64,000 bases of DNA from a virus (Duplodnaviria; Caudoviricetes), in the IMG/VR virus record IMGVR_UViG_2903352716_000007, positions 1 to 64,000 of that record, one strand, 5' to 3'. Positions 46,779 to 57,454 of the stretch are shown here, one piece after another. The translations under genes were made by a program, and so were the position numbers. Numbering within the stretch: position 1 is the first letter of the stretch; each line of letters begins with the position of its first letter. The notes beneath the pieces were generated by a model that worked only from the letters and a program-made list of their open reading frames with translations, ran no database searches and had not been told where the DNA came from.

Positions 46779-48874
46779 GCGAGGCCATTAACAAAATCGC
46801 CATCCTGAGTTCAGCGATCAAACATGCGCTTCTGGCTGATGTGCAGTTCATGGATGGTCATGTCTCTTCTGCATTTAACCGCAAGATGAAAGGGATCATT
46901 ACACCTGGCATCTACGGAGGATTTGCACCTGAACTTGCTGGTGGGTTAAACCTTAAAATTACATCTTTGCATGGTCCCGGTGGGCATGGAGTAGCCTCTG
47001 TAGATGTGAATAATCTTCAGATAACCGTCCAGCAAATCGAAGATGTGATACTGGCTATCCCGGTAAATGGCATAACGCGGGTAATGCTGGAAGCAAATTA
47101 CGAGTATGGTGTCAAAACCAACCAGATTGATGGTAGCTCAGATATTCCGGCTGCGCGGATTTTCACTGCCAGCATCAGTGAGCCGGTAGCTGGCAACCAT
47201 CTGGAGTTATGCCGTTTAACCGTTCCCGCTGATGCGACAGAGTTGACTCTGGATATGATCGACTTATCGCATCGCCGGAATAAAGCTCTTGGTATTACGC
47301 TGAGTAGTGAGATTGACAGTGATGATGACCATGTTGCGGCATCGTCACACGCAGTCAAAAAGGCGGTTAAAGCTGCTAATGACATAGCTACATTGCTGGT
47401 GAAAGAACTTGTTGGCGGCGCGCCAGCCATGCTGAATACGCTGAAAAAAATTGCGGATGCAATTAACAACGATCCACATTACAGCGCCACAGTAGCTGCT
47501 GCGCTTGCACAGAAAGCACCACTCAATAGCCCCGCTCTGACAGGGATACCAACGGCCCCTACAGCACCATTAACAGTTAATAACTCACAAATTGCGACTA
47601 CGGCATTCGTAAATGCTGCAGTGGCTGCATTAGTGGGATCGTCTCCTGAAGCGCTGGATACGCTCAGTGAGTTAGCGAAAGCGTTGGGCAATGATCCGAA
47701 CTTCGCAACAACGATTACTAATCAGTTAGCGAAAAAACAGCCACTGGATGCCACTCTAACGGCACTTGCAGCGTTGGCTACCGGTGCAAATAAACTACCG
47801 TATTTCACCGGTGCAGACACAGTTGCACAAACAGATTTCACGCAGGTGGCGCGTGATATCCTGGCTAAATCGTCGATCGCCGACGTTATAAAATACCTTG
47901 GTTTAAGCGAAACCATCGAGATCGCAAAAAATGCAGTACCGGCGACCCGAAAAATCAACGGTCACGCGCTGTCCGGAGACGTCAATGTCACGTCTCAGGA
48001 CATCTTCAACGGTCAGTGCGTCGAAATTGGCGCAAATCAGGATCTGAATAACTACAAAACACCCGGCCTCTATGTTCAGAGTGCAAATGCCAATACCAGT
48101 GCAGCGCTGCATTATCCAGAGAATAACGCCGGTTCTTTGGTCGTGTTGAAAAGTGCCGGAGTCACGCAGATTTATCGCACGTATAACTCTTCTCGCAGTT
48201 ATACGCGAAGCCAGTATTCAACTGGAGGTTGGACGCCGTGGACCCCCGACAATTCCTTCCCAGTGGGAGCGCCAATCCCGTGGCCATCTGATACCACCCC
48301 TCTGGGTTACGCATTAATGCAGGGCCAGGCTTTTGACAAATCAGCATATCCATTGCTTGGCAGTGCGTATCCGTCGGGGGTAATCCCTGATATGCGCGGT
48401 CAGACCATTAAGGGGAAACCTGCAACCGGGCGTGCGGTATTGTCACAGGAACAGGATGGCATCAAATCGCATAACCATAGTGCCACCGCTGCAAATACCG
48501 ATCTTGGGACAAAGGCGACGACGTCATTTGATTACGGCACTAAAACATCTTCCTCGTTTGATTATGGAACGAAAACAACGAATACAACGGGGGCACACGT
48601 ACACTCCAGGAATAATGGAGGTTCTTACGTAGATTCGGGTAATAACACACAAAACCAGGTGCCACGCTGGGGATCGGCGTCTAACTCATCATCGGCTGGA
48701 AACCACGCGCATGCTGTAACCATCGGCGCCCATGCTCATACTGTGGGTATAGGTGCGCACTCACATAACGTCACTCTTGGGCCGCATGGCCATGCCATTA
48801 CAGTTAACGCCGCTGGTAATGCTGAAAATACCGTAAAAAATACTGCATTTAATTATTTAGTGAGGCTTGCCTAA
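46775..48874 (+). CDS. tail fibre protein (S-like)
   Basis: P1-like N-terminus; [19 protein letters not shown] repeat; collar domain [15 protein letters not shown]; several HxH motifs. Confidence 0.9.
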   Translation: MSEAINKIAILSSAIKHALLADVQFMDGHVSSAFNRKMKGIITPGIYGGFAPELAGGLNLKITSLHGPGGHGVASVDVNNLQITVQQIEDVILAIPVNGITRVMLEANYEYGVKTNQIDGSSDIPAARIFTASISEPVAGNHLELCRLTVPADATELTLDMIDLSHRRNKALGITLSSEIDSDDDHVAASSHAVKKAVKAANDIATLLVKELVGGAPAMLNTLKKIADAINNDPHYSATVAAALAQKAPLNSPALTGIPTAPTAPLTVNNSQIATTAFVNAAVAALVGSSPEALDTLSELAKALGNDPNFATTITNQLAKKQPLDATLTALAALATGANKLPYFTGADTVAQTDFTQVARDILAKSSIADVIKYLGLSETIEIAKNAVPATRKINGHALSGDVNVTSQDIFNGQCVEIGANQDLNNYKTPGLYVQSANANTSAALHYPENNAGSLVVLKSAGVTQIYRTYNSSRSYTRSQYSTGGWTPWTPDNSFPVGAPIPWPSDTTPLGYALMQGQAFDKSAYPLLGSAYPSGVIPDMRGQTIKGKPATGRAVLSQEQDGIKSHNHSATAANTDLGTKATTSFDYGTKTSSSFDYGTKTTNTTGAHVHSRNNGGSYVDSGNNTQNQVPRWGSASNSSSAGNHAHAVTIGAHAHTVGIGAHSHNVTLGPHGHAITVNAAGNAENTVKNTAFNYLVRLA

Positions 48875-49455
48875 TGACTTTTAAAATGACCGGAGAATGC
48901 CGGACTGTAACTGTTTATAATCTTCGCTCAGATACCAATGAATTTATTGGACAAGGCGATGCTTTTATTCCAGCATTTACTGGACTACCTGCCCATTGCA
49001 CAACCATGAAACCACCAGAGAGTAAAGACGGTTTTATTTTTATTTTTGATACTAAAAATGAAAAGTGGGAAGAGGCAGAGGATCATCGAGGTGAGATTGT
49101 TTTCGATACAGAAACCGGTAATCAAATAGAGATAACAGAACCAGGCGGATATCCTGTAGGAACAACGACAATTGCGCCTGAAAACGCTTGGCAAAAATGG
49201 GATGGCATATCTTGGGTCGATGATACTGATGCAGAGAGAAGTACGTTCATTGAGGAAGCACAAAACAAGAAAATTACGCAACTCAAACTAGCGAATGAAG
49301 CTATTGAAACATTACAGGATGCCGTTGATTTCGATATGGCAACCGATGATGAAAAAGAGTCGCTTGTTGCATGGAAAAAATACCGGGTATTACTGAGTCG
49401 TGTAAAACCAACTGATGCGCCAGATATTGAATGGCCCGAATCTCCGACCATATGA
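48874..49455 (+). CDS. tail fibre assembly chaperone (Tfa/U-like)
   Basis: EDHRGEIVF.T, WQKWDG..W, LQDAVD..MAT..E..L.AWKKYRVLLSRV. Confidence 0.9.
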   Translation: MTFKMTGECRTVTVYNLRSDTNEFIGQGDAFIPAFTGLPAHCTTMKPPESKDGFIFIFDTKNEKWEEAEDHRGEIVFDTETGNQIEITEPGGYPVGTTTIAPENAWQKWDGISWVDDTDAERSTFIEEAQNKKITQLKLANEAIETLQDAVDFDMATDDEKESLVAWKKYRVLLSRVKPTDAPDIEWPESPTI

Positions 49456-49493
49456 AAAAGCAAAGCCCGATTAGCTCGGGCTTTACTCAATTA

Positions 49494-49675
49494 TCATGAT
49501 GGGACCGGGGGCCACTCGGGGTTTGATGTATCTACCCGGTTAACCATCACGCTGTATCGTTCCCACGCCTCAAGTTGTTTGACCTCTTCATCAGTTGCTA
49601 TGTTCAGCCTTACCGTTCGTTCAAGTGGGGAAATGATTGACTCTGCTTCAGCAAGACGTTCTGATTTCTTTATCT
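49494..49675 (-). pseudogene. 3' remnant of a second, inverted tfa gene
   Basis: [40 protein letters not shown]; N-terminal half missing. Confidence 0.75.
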
Positions 49676-49720
49676 CATCCTCCCCCAATAACCACTTCCC
49701 CGGCTAACTCCTTCATTTGC

Positions 49721-49741
49721 AAATCACAGACTCACTATTCT
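49721..49741 (+). promoter_or_regulatory. putative late promoter
   Basis: AAATCACAGAC-tcac-TATTCT. Confidence 0.7.
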
Positions 49742-49775
49742 GCACCCTCTCAATCAGGAGTTTTACGGAGGGTTT

Positions 49776-50090
49776 GTGACAGAAGTAGAAGCGAATCTCA
49801 TACAGGCGCTTTTCCTGTCGCTACTCAGCGGCACAGGCGTTTTCCTGCATGGGGTGCGCGAGGAAAGGATAAAGGCGTCATCCCTTAACTTGCTCACCGA
49901 ATGGGTGTTAGCGGTACTCGCAGGACTGACCGCGTATTACATCGCCAGACATAAGGCGTGGGACGACAGCTTGCTTTATCTCGCCGTGTTGGTTGTCAGC
50001 AACAACGGTCGCGAGGTGTCAACAGCACTTAAAAACCGTCTTATCGAAGCTATCCAATTCTTATTTGGGCCAAAAGGAGGCCGGGGCTAA
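49776..50090 (+). CDS. lydA: holin (P1 LydA-like)
   Basis: 104 aa with three hydrophobic segments; order lydA-lydB-hdf-darA. Confidence 0.7.
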   Translation: MTEVEANLIQALFLSLLSGTGVFLHGVREERIKASSLNLLTEWVLAVLAGLTAYYIARHKAWDDSLLYLAVLVVSNNGREVSTALKNRLIEAIQFLFGPKGGRG

Positions 50091-50539
50091 TGAATGACAT
50101 TCAAAACTATTTCCTGCTGGGAATGGCGGCGGTGGCGGCAATTGATCGCTTCATTTTTAAAAGAAAACAGGTCGTGTTACTGGGCGCGGGGGAAGCAGTC
50201 GAAAGGGACAATGCGATAGCGTTTCCGGTCAAGTTTCAGGTCAACTGCGAGAAACTCACTGGGGCGCATATCGAATACTGGCTTCGTGACTCCAGTAACC
50301 CCACGGCAGTTATCACGGGCAAAACCAGGACGCTGGATTTAACGCCGAAAGGCTTAAACCATGAGTACCTGCTGATAGATACGCGTTATCTGGACAATGG
50401 TACATGGGAACTAACGATCCGTATTACCCACGGTAACAGCCGTATGAACCCGTTGTACCGCATCTTCCCACTTCAGGAGTCAACCGTTCGCAGCTATGAG
50501 ATTGCGAAAGGTAAGGGGGGATACAGTGTCATCAACTAA
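50090..50539 (+). CDS. lydB: antiholin (P1 LydB-like)
   Basis: N-terminal anchor; RMNPLYRIFP. Confidence 0.7.
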   Translation: MNDIQNYFLLGMAAVAAIDRFIFKRKQVVLLGAGEAVERDNAIAFPVKFQVNCEKLTGAHIEYWLRDSSNPTAVITGKTRTLDLTPKGLNHEYLLIDTRYLDNGTWELTIRITHGNSRMNPLYRIFPLQESTVRSYEIAKGKGGYSVIN

Positions 50540-51158
50540 AGATAAGGGCTACGTCACGCTTAACTTTGATGAGTTAAACGAGAAAGGCCTGGATAAGCTG
50601 AAAAAAGCGATTTCTAAAGCCGGTTATGAGGTCGTCAAAATCACCCCGGCAGGGCCAGCCAGACGAAAAGACGGCATTCCCGTAAAAACGTTTGAGCTGA
50701 AAGGAATTGATGAGCAGGTCATGTCAATTCAGGTGAACAACACCGGCGATATCTCCGGCATTAAGCTGAATGGCAAAAACGCACCATACACCCCCGTAAA
50801 AACAATGGCTGAACTGGGTAAATCACTGGCTGATTTATTCCGTAAAGGCTCAACCGCTTTTCAGAAGTCACTATCCAGAAAGCTGGCCCGTGCCGCTAAG
50901 AAAGACACCGACGGCAACAAGCCACAACCCAGCAAGGGTGTTAAGTCTGGGGTGCAAATGCTCAGTGACGCACGGGCGCGCCGCGACGAACTGAAGGGGA
51001 CGATCGCCACGACTCAAAAGAAAATTGAGTCCCTCTCTTCGGATTCCGACGAAGCGAAAAAATCGCAAGAGAACATTCAGGCGGCACTGAATCTCGAAAT
51101 GGCAAAGACCAGCCAGTTAGAGAAAGAGATCGCGCAACTGAAAGAAGGTACAAAATGA
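50526..51158 (+). CDS. hdf: Hdf, DarA-like head protein
   Basis: FDELNEKGL.KL.KAI; VNNTGDISGIKLNGK. Confidence 0.75.
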   Translation: MSSTKDKGYVTLNFDELNEKGLDKLKKAISKAGYEVVKITPAGPARRKDGIPVKTFELKGIDEQVMSIQVNNTGDISGIKLNGKNAPYTPVKTMAELGKSLADLFRKGSTAFQKSLSRKLARAAKKDTDGNKPQPSKGVKSGVQMLSDARARRDELKGTIATTQKKIESLSSDSDEAKKSQENIQAALNLEMAKTSQLEKEIAQLKEGTK

Positions 51159-53056
51159 CCGTTAAACTGATTGATACAATCACTCTAAAGGATGTGCCTG
51201 GCTACATCGCACCTGCAATCACTGACGCTATCTACGATGACCTGATGAAAGGGCAAGGTGCAGATCTGATGCTGGAAAGCGTCACGATTGATGAAGTGGA
51301 TCACTCTTATCTCGGTGACGAGCTGATCTACACCACGCACTCCGCGATGTTTGAAGCGATTACTACGGAACGTATGCGCCTGTCTCAGACCATGCGCGCC
51401 TTTGTCCGATCGCTCAATCGTGGCCTGAACGGGACGGGCATTAAAGCCGGGACCGATGATGCTGGCCTGGACGATAGCGGAGAAAAAACGATTGGTGGCG
51501 CCATTATCGGGAAGGTTCGCCGTGTTAACGGCATTCCGATCATGACTGCGCTGATACCGTTATCAGATGGTCAGTCTATTTCTCTGGTCTTCCACTCCCC
51601 GACCGCAGATAACGGGCGCATCAAAAACGATGATTTGCTGGTGGCTTTCCGTTTCCTGCTGAACAAGCGCGATGTAACGCATATTGTGGCCCCGATTGGT
51701 GGTCGCGACGTGTCGTTACAACAGGTTACTCAGGCGCTGGCGAACCTAGTCGAGCGCAACAGCGCAAAGTTCACCAAACAGCAATCGGCGCAGGTTAAAT
51801 TGCGTGGCGATATTGACGCAATGAACGCCGAAAACGACCAGTTAAGTGAGCAACAATCCTCATTGCTCACTCAGGTTGAATCCATGCAGAGCAAATTACT
51901 CACTCACCAGAGCGACGAGCAAAGCGCACGTGAGAAACTCGCCAGCCAGCGCCGCATTAACGCAGAGCTGGAAGCCGAGTTGGTTGCTTTACAGAACGGC
52001 ACTCCGTCAGGCAGTGATAGCGCTGCAGGTTCATCTTTCACTGATACGACGCGCAAAGTGAAAGAGCGCATGGGTGTTGATGGTAAAGCCACTTTGAGTA
52101 ACGGCGCGGAGATCCGTTACAACTCATATGACAACGACGGCGAATTGATGGGGAGCGTAATCATCGCCGATCCGTCCGGTAAGGTGTATGAAATGCCGTC
52201 CCCATCCTCCCAGGGCGGAGCTATGGGGGTTACGGCAACAAAACTGCTTAAAGCCTACCGTGAAGGGCGAGCAGACCGTTACGTTGTCACGACAGCGGAT
52301 GCCGGTCAGGAAGAAAAGCCGCCGCTACCAGAACAGCAACCGCAGCCGGAGCCACAACCGGAACCGGAGCAAGTCGGCAAATACCGCTATGCGCTGGTAA
52401 ATCGTCCTGCCGGGATTGGTGCCGTCCCTGCAGGCCAGACTGCTATTTTGGCAGCACCGGCGCAGGACGATAAATATGGTCGCGTAGCACGTCATGGCTT
52501 CATTGAATACGACCATAAACTGACGGAACAGGAGGCTTCTAACTTTGAGCTGAAGCTGATCCCGACTCAGGCCGATCTCGATGCGCTGGCGAAGGATGTC
52601 GCGAGTGATTCAATGGGGCGCTATGCAGAGCAATACGTTGAAATGGCTGAGACGGACGCCAAGATGTTTGACTCTCAGGTTAAGCTGAACGCAAAGAAAA
52701 TCGCACCGAATATGGCGTACCCGGAAGGGGACGATCTCGCTTACTTTTTAGGGCAAGTTAAAGCCGAGTTAGCGAACCAAACGCCACCAGCACCGGAACA
52801 AAACAACGAGGACCAGCCTGTGGTATCTGAAGCTGATAAAGCCGCAAATGACGCGTTAGATTATCTGGATGCCGTGACCAAATTGCAGTCCAAAGATATC
52901 GCGGAGATCCGTGATGCGCGCAGCAAGGTTCGCGGTGCCATTGCAACACTGCAGGACGCCGGTCGTTTTGACGAAAATGAAGACAAAGTGAATGCCGCCG
53001 CGCAACACCTGTCTGATCTGCTGGTGGCTATTCAACGAGAAGGGGCAGGGGCATGA
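51155..53056 (+). CDS. darA: DarA defence-against-restriction protein
   Basis: 633 aa; DGQSISLVFHSPT..VAFRFLLNKRDVTH.VAP..G.D. Confidence 0.88.
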   Translation: MTVKLIDTITLKDVPGYIAPAITDAIYDDLMKGQGADLMLESVTIDEVDHSYLGDELIYTTHSAMFEAITTERMRLSQTMRAFVRSLNRGLNGTGIKAGTDDAGLDDSGEKTIGGAIIGKVRRVNGIPIMTALIPLSDGQSISLVFHSPTADNGRIKNDDLLVAFRFLLNKRDVTHIVAPIGGRDVSLQQVTQALANLVERNSAKFTKQQSAQVKLRGDIDAMNAENDQLSEQQSSLLTQVESMQSKLLTHQSDEQSAREKLASQRRINAELEAELVALQNGTPSGSDSAAGSSFTDTTRKVKERMGVDGKATLSNGAEIRYNSYDNDGELMGSVIIADPSGKVYEMPSPSSQGGAMGVTATKLLKAYREGRADRYVVTTADAGQEEKPPLPEQQPQPEPQPEPEQVGKYRYALVNRPAGIGAVPAGQTAILAAPAQDDKYGRVARHGFIEYDHKLTEQEASNFELKLIPTQADLDALAKDVASDSMGRYAEQYVEMAETDAKMFDSQVKLNAKKIAPNMAYPEGDDLAYFLGQVKAELANQTPPAPEQNNEDQPVVSEADKAANDALDYLDAVTKLQSKDIAEIRDARSKVRGAIATLQDAGRFDENEDKVNAAAQHLSDLLVAIQREGAGA

Positions 53057-53409
53057 ATTTAAGCGCGCTGGAACGTCTTGACCTAAATGACCGTCTTGAT
53101 GAGCTGATGGTACAAGCAACGACGGCTAAAGGGCTGGATTTGCTGGACCTGAATGACGAAATCGACGCCATTTTAGTTAAGCTGGGCTATGGCGCTGAAG
53201 CAAGTCCAGACGAGGCCAAAGACGACGCCAAAGAAAATGCGCCGTCAATCGTTAAAGACTTTCTCTCCGGGAAGTTTGTAACACAGGCGCAGATGGACTT
53301 TGTGGACACGCTACGCCAGGTTGGTGAGTACCTTAACGAGTTCCTGACCCTGGATGATATGAAAGGCCAGGCTAACGCGTGGGCGACTCAAAACGAGTAT
53401 GCACTCTGA
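53053..53409 (+). CDS. ddrA: DdrA
   Basis: LERLDLNDRLDEL..GLDLLDLNDEID; follows darA. Confidence 0.75.
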   Translation: MNLSALERLDLNDRLDELMVQATTAKGLDLLDLNDEIDAILVKLGYGAEASPDEAKDDAKENAPSIVKDFLSGKFVTQAQMDFVDTLRQVGEYLNEFLTLDDMKGQANAWATQNEYAL

Positions 53410-53460
53410 ATACTGATTACCGGCCCCGTTCATCGGGGCTTTTTCTTCCTCCCCCTGAAT

Positions 53461-53481
53461 AAAACACACACTCCTTATCCT
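53461..53481 (+). promoter_or_regulatory. putative late promoter
   Basis: AAAACACACAC-tcct-TATCCT. Confidence 0.6.
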
Positions 53482-53512
53482 TCACGAAACCCAAAACGTG
53501 GAGGTATGACCG

Positions 53513-56500
53513 TTGGACGCAACACAACAGGCCATTAACGGCACATCAGGTCTGGATGGCCTTATTGCGCTGGTGGCATCGCTGCAATTCACTGAGTCCC
53601 CGCTGGGGCGAACGTCGTTTGTAGTGACGAGCAAGGGCGATGAAGTCAAAACGGGCTTTAAAGTTGTTAACGCCGGAAACCTGATCATCTCAAACAACCT
53701 GGACGGGACGATAAACCCGGCATTCCCGACAGAGCTGCAGCCGCGGGATCGAACCCGTATGTCGAGCAAAATTCAGGTGAGCAAGATCGCCGGTAACTTG
53801 AGGCCAGCACAGCTAACCGATTCGGGGCTAAGTAGCCACGGCGCGCCAATTGTTGGCCCCGACAATGTGGTTGAGTCGGGTAATGGGCGATCAATGGGGA
53901 TACTGAGGGCTTACGAGCAGGGGCAAGCTGACAGCTACCGCGAGTATCTTATCGACCATGCCGCCGACTATGGGCTTAAAGCTGAAGATATTGCCCGGAT
54001 GGACAGGCCGGTGCTGGTCAGGGAACGAATTACCGACGTCGATCGCGCGCAGTTCGCCAGAGACTCCAACCTTTCCGACCTTCAGGAAATGGCGGCAAGC
54101 GAGAAGGCATTCGTAGACGCTGAAATGCTGGATGAGCGCCTTATGGCAATGTTTTCGCCGTCCGAGGAAGGCAATCTCCTTGCCCGGTCAAACGACAGCT
54201 TTATTCAGGCGTTTATGCGCGAAATTGGGGACACGGCTACTGCAGGTCTGGTGACAACGGACGGCAGACCGACGAAGCAGTTAATTGACCGCATTCAGAA
54301 CGCTATTTTCGCCAAAGCGTACAAGGATGAGCGCCTGGTCAAAATGGTCGCAGAAGAACCCGATCCTGATATGCGCAATATTCTGACGGCACTCAACACT
54401 GCAGCCAGTGATTTTGCACAGATGCAGATGCTATCCGGTGATGTTCACAAGGAGGCCGTCAACGGGCTGGTGGGGGGACTTGATGAAGTTGATGGTCTGG
54501 ATAAACAGGCCATTGCCGCGCTACAGGAAGCAATCAACCTTGTCCGACGAGCGAAAGACTCCGGGCAAGCGCTGGAAGAGGTGATCGCCCAACAAGGCCT
54601 GTTTGAAGATACCAGCAAAGAGGCGGAAGCCCTGGCATTGTTTATCGTCGCTAACAACCGTAGCGCAAAGCGTATTGGCGCAGCGTTTAAGAAGATGGCG
54701 CAGAAGATTAACGATGAGCTGATCCACCAGCAACAGGCTTTAGGGGATATGTTCGGCGGCGGTAGTCTTTCTCTTGGGGATGTACTGTCATCAGTATCCG
54801 CCGAAATTGAAGAGGAATACGGCGAAGGAAAAGGGCTGAACTTTGCGATGTTTGAATCCGCACCGGGTGACACCGGCGCGTATATATCCCAAATGATCGC
54901 GAATGCAACCAGCGTAGACGAGCTGGTGAACGCCATCAAAATGAGCGGCAAAATTGAAACGGCTAACCCGGATACCGAAGAAAATCTCGCGCGCCTGAAT
55001 TTCTCACTGGGAAGAAAGATGCCGTTTGTTATTGGCGCTAATACCCTTACCAACATTCGGTCATGGGCAGAGTCGAACGGGTATAGCGGTAAGTTGCTGG
55101 GCGCGATGGCTGATTCGGTCGAAAACAGTGCCTTCTACAGTAAGGCTGTGCTTGAGTCCATCAATAGCAACACCCCAGCACCATCGCTGGCTGATGCACG
55201 AAATATTAATTACCGGGTGAAGATATTTTTGGAGGCTGCGGAGGCTGGCGCCAGTAGCGATCGTCTCTTCATGCTCATGCACCGGCTGGAAGAGGTAATG
55301 GCGTCAGACTTGAGCTGGAATGAGTTGCGCAAGGCTTGCCGTACCTGGATGGACAACAGCATGAAAATGCCGAAAAACATCTATGAAGAAATAACGAACA
55401 AGGTTGATAAACGTCTGCCAGAGGCAAACACAATCCCGGAGGTGATCTCCGTTCTCCAGAAGGCCATTACCGCCGGGAAAAAGGCGCTGACCAATATTGA
55501 CGGCGTAATGGGAGAAGGCAAAGCCGCGCTTGATGCCGTTGGGTTGTCACCGATTTTTAGCGGCGACGAGCTGGCGGATGCCTATATCGATGTTTTGCAG
55601 CGCGTTAAAGCAATTGCAGAGGTCGGTGATCAAAAGGACCAGCTTTCATTGCCGGAACAAATCGATTTTTATGTCGGTGAAATCAACAAAGTCCGTGACA
55701 GGCCCGAGAGGTTGAAGCCTTACTTGAAAGACGTCTTCACATCGCGTGGTGGGATAGGCATGGATATAGAACGGCTTGGCTGGCTGGTGGATCGTGAATC
55801 TGATGAATCATTCCAGTTGGCTGAGATAGGGCGGTTATTCAAGGGAACGACGCAATACCCTCCAATGATTATTGAGAACATTCACGGTAAGGTTAAAGCG
55901 GCCTTTGATGCGGTGATCCAGTCTTCGTCGGTGACAGAAGAAGAGGCCAGCGCATGGGCTGGCGCGCTCAACGTTAGCGATGATGTCACACAGAAAACGG
56001 CTGTTACTGCAAAATGGCGTCCTGGATACGATGCGCGCGATATTGCGGGGCGAGTCTATACCTTAACCGGCGGAAAGCTGAATACACTGGAAACGATCGA
56101 ACATCAGTCTCGTGTGAGGGCGTCAGCTAACAGGACATCAAAGTCTGTGACAATCGAAGCAGACAGTAACGATGAATCTGTTATGTGGCACGAGCTGGGA
56201 CACCATGTTGAATTTTCTAATCCGCACTTGCTTGAACGTGCAAAAGGTTTTCTGAAATCGAAGGCTGAAGGCCGACTGACCTACAGTAATTTCGGTGGGT
56301 ACGGCGATGCTGAGTACAAGGTCAAAACGTCACTGAGTCACTACTACATGTCCAAAATCTACATGGAAAGAAAGGTGAGTCTGGCTAGTGGCAAGGTATT
56401 ATCGAAAGCACCGTCGTTGAACAATTGCCTTTCTACTGAAGTGTTCTCAATGGCTTTACAGTGTTATGCCGATCCTGAATTGACGGCAAACTCATATTTA

Positions 56501-56563
56501 AACGGTGACGGCATTATTGAGTTTTTACTGGGATGCTTTAAGGAGCTGCAAAATGCGCATTAA
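53513..56563 (+). CDS. ddrB: DdrB (ParB-like N-domain, C-terminal HExxH)
   Basis: 1016 aa; LQPRDRTR..GAPIV..VESGNGR; WHELGHHVE. Confidence 0.85.
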   Translation: MDATQQAINGTSGLDGLIALVASLQFTESPLGRTSFVVTSKGDEVKTGFKVVNAGNLIISNNLDGTINPAFPTELQPRDRTRMSSKIQVSKIAGNLRPAQLTDSGLSSHGAPIVGPDNVVESGNGRSMGILRAYEQGQADSYREYLIDHAADYGLKAEDIARMDRPVLVRERITDVDRAQFARDSNLSDLQEMAASEKAFVDAEMLDERLMAMFSPSEEGNLLARSNDSFIQAFMREIGDTATAGLVTTDGRPTKQLIDRIQNAIFAKAYKDERLVKMVAEEPDPDMRNILTALNTAASDFAQMQMLSGDVHKEAVNGLVGGLDEVDGLDKQAIAALQEAINLVRRAKDSGQALEEVIAQQGLFEDTSKEAEALALFIVANNRSAKRIGAAFKKMAQKINDELIHQQQALGDMFGGGSLSLGDVLSSVSAEIEEEYGEGKGLNFAMFESAPGDTGAYISQMIANATSVDELVNAIKMSGKIETANPDTEENLARLNFSLGRKMPFVIGANTLTNIRSWAESNGYSGKLLGAMADSVENSAFYSKAVLESINSNTPAPSLADARNINYRVKIFLEAAEAGASSDRLFMLMHRLEEVMASDLSWNELRKACRTWMDNSMKMPKNIYEEITNKVDKRLPEANTIPEVISVLQKAITAGKKALTNIDGVMGEGKAALDAVGLSPIFSGDELADAYIDVLQRVKAIAEVGDQKDQLSLPEQIDFYVGEINKVRDRPERLKPYLKDVFTSRGGIGMDIERLGWLVDRESDESFQLAEIGRLFKGTTQYPPMIIENIHGKVKAAFDAVIQSSSVTEEEASAWAGALNVSDDVTQKTAVTAKWRPGYDARDIAGRVYTLTGGKLNTLETIEHQSRVRASANRTSKSVTIEADSNDESVMWHELGHHVEFSNPHLLERAKGFLKSKAEGRLTYSNFGGYGDAEYKVKTSLSHYYMSKIYMERKVSLASGKVLSKAPSLNNCLSTEVFSMALQCYADPELTANSYLNGDGIIEFLLGCFKELQNAH

Positions 56564-56849
56564 AGTGACGATGCCGGGGGATAAATCCGGAGTAGTTGAG
56601 TGTAGCGAGACTGGCGCACTGGCGATCGTCGAAGGGGGTATTACCCTGGACGATATGCGCGCCAGCCTTCACGGTGTGCGTCCGAACTCTGCGGTCGGAG
56701 AAGTGAACTCGCTGGATGCTGAGGCTCACCTGGTCCTACGCAGCCTGGAAAGCGCTGGCTGGCTGGTGGACTGGCCTGAAGTTGAAGGCGGAGACGATGA
56801 TCCGGACGACGATGAAGGCATACCGAATGTAGACAACACGGTCAACTAA
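56553..56849 (+). CDS. hxr: Hxr-like protein
   Basis: ATG 56553 after AAGGAG; acidic tail; follows ddrB as in P1. Confidence 0.65.
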   Translation: MRIKVTMPGDKSGVVECSETGALAIVEGGITLDDMRASLHGVRPNSAVGEVNSLDAEAHLVLRSLESAGWLVDWPEVEGGDDDPDDDEGIPNVDNTVN

Positions 56850-56912
56850 GAGCAAAGCCCACGTTATGTGGGCTTCTTTTTGTCACGGGGTCAGGATGCT
56901 CGCCAGCGGGGT

Positions 56913-56933
56913 AAAGTACAGACCGGTTACTGT
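56913..56933 (+). promoter_or_regulatory. putative late promoter
   Basis: AAAGTACAGAC-cggt-TACTGT. Confidence 0.65.
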
Positions 56934-56962
56934 TTTGGCTCAGAGCAAAAAGAGGAAAAAGC

Positions 56963-57454
56963 ATGAGTCAACCTATTGATCCGCGTTGGGTCGCGGAAGC
57001 CCGTAAACACATTGGTCTGCGGGAAATCAAAGGCCAGGAAAACAACCCTGAAATCGTCCAGATGTGGAAAGATATCAAGCGTGGCGGCATCAAAAACGAC
57101 GAAACCCCGTGGTGTGCGGCGTTCGTTGGTTCGATGCTTGAACGTGTGGGCATCAAGTCTACCCGCTTCGAATCTGCCCGAAGCTACTCATCCTGGGGTG
57201 TAGCCCTTCACGATCCGGCGTATGGCTGCATTGTCACGTTTACCCGTGACGGCGGCGGTCATGTTGGCTTTGTCGTTGGTCAGGACGCAAACCGTAATCT
57301 GTTAGTGCTGGGTGGCAACCAGGGCGATGCCGTGAATATCCGGGCGTTCCCGCGTAGCCGTGTGACAAGTTACCGCTGGCCTTCCGATGAACCCGGACCG
57401 GAGTCCTACAAGCTGCCTAACCTGAATGGGCAGACGTCCACCAGCGAAGCGTAA
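56963..57454 (+). CDS. NlpC/P60-type (TIGR02594-like) peptidoglycan hydrolase, probable endolysin
   Basis: DETPWCAAFV and GGGHVGFVVG..LGGNQG Cys/His motifs. Confidence 0.85.
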   Translation: MSQPIDPRWVAEARKHIGLREIKGQENNPEIVQMWKDIKRGGIKNDETPWCAAFVGSMLERVGIKSTRFESARSYSSWGVALHDPAYGCIVTFTRDGGGHVGFVVGQDANRNLLVLGGNQGDAVNIRAFPRSRVTSYRWPSDEPGPESYKLPNLNGQTSTSEA

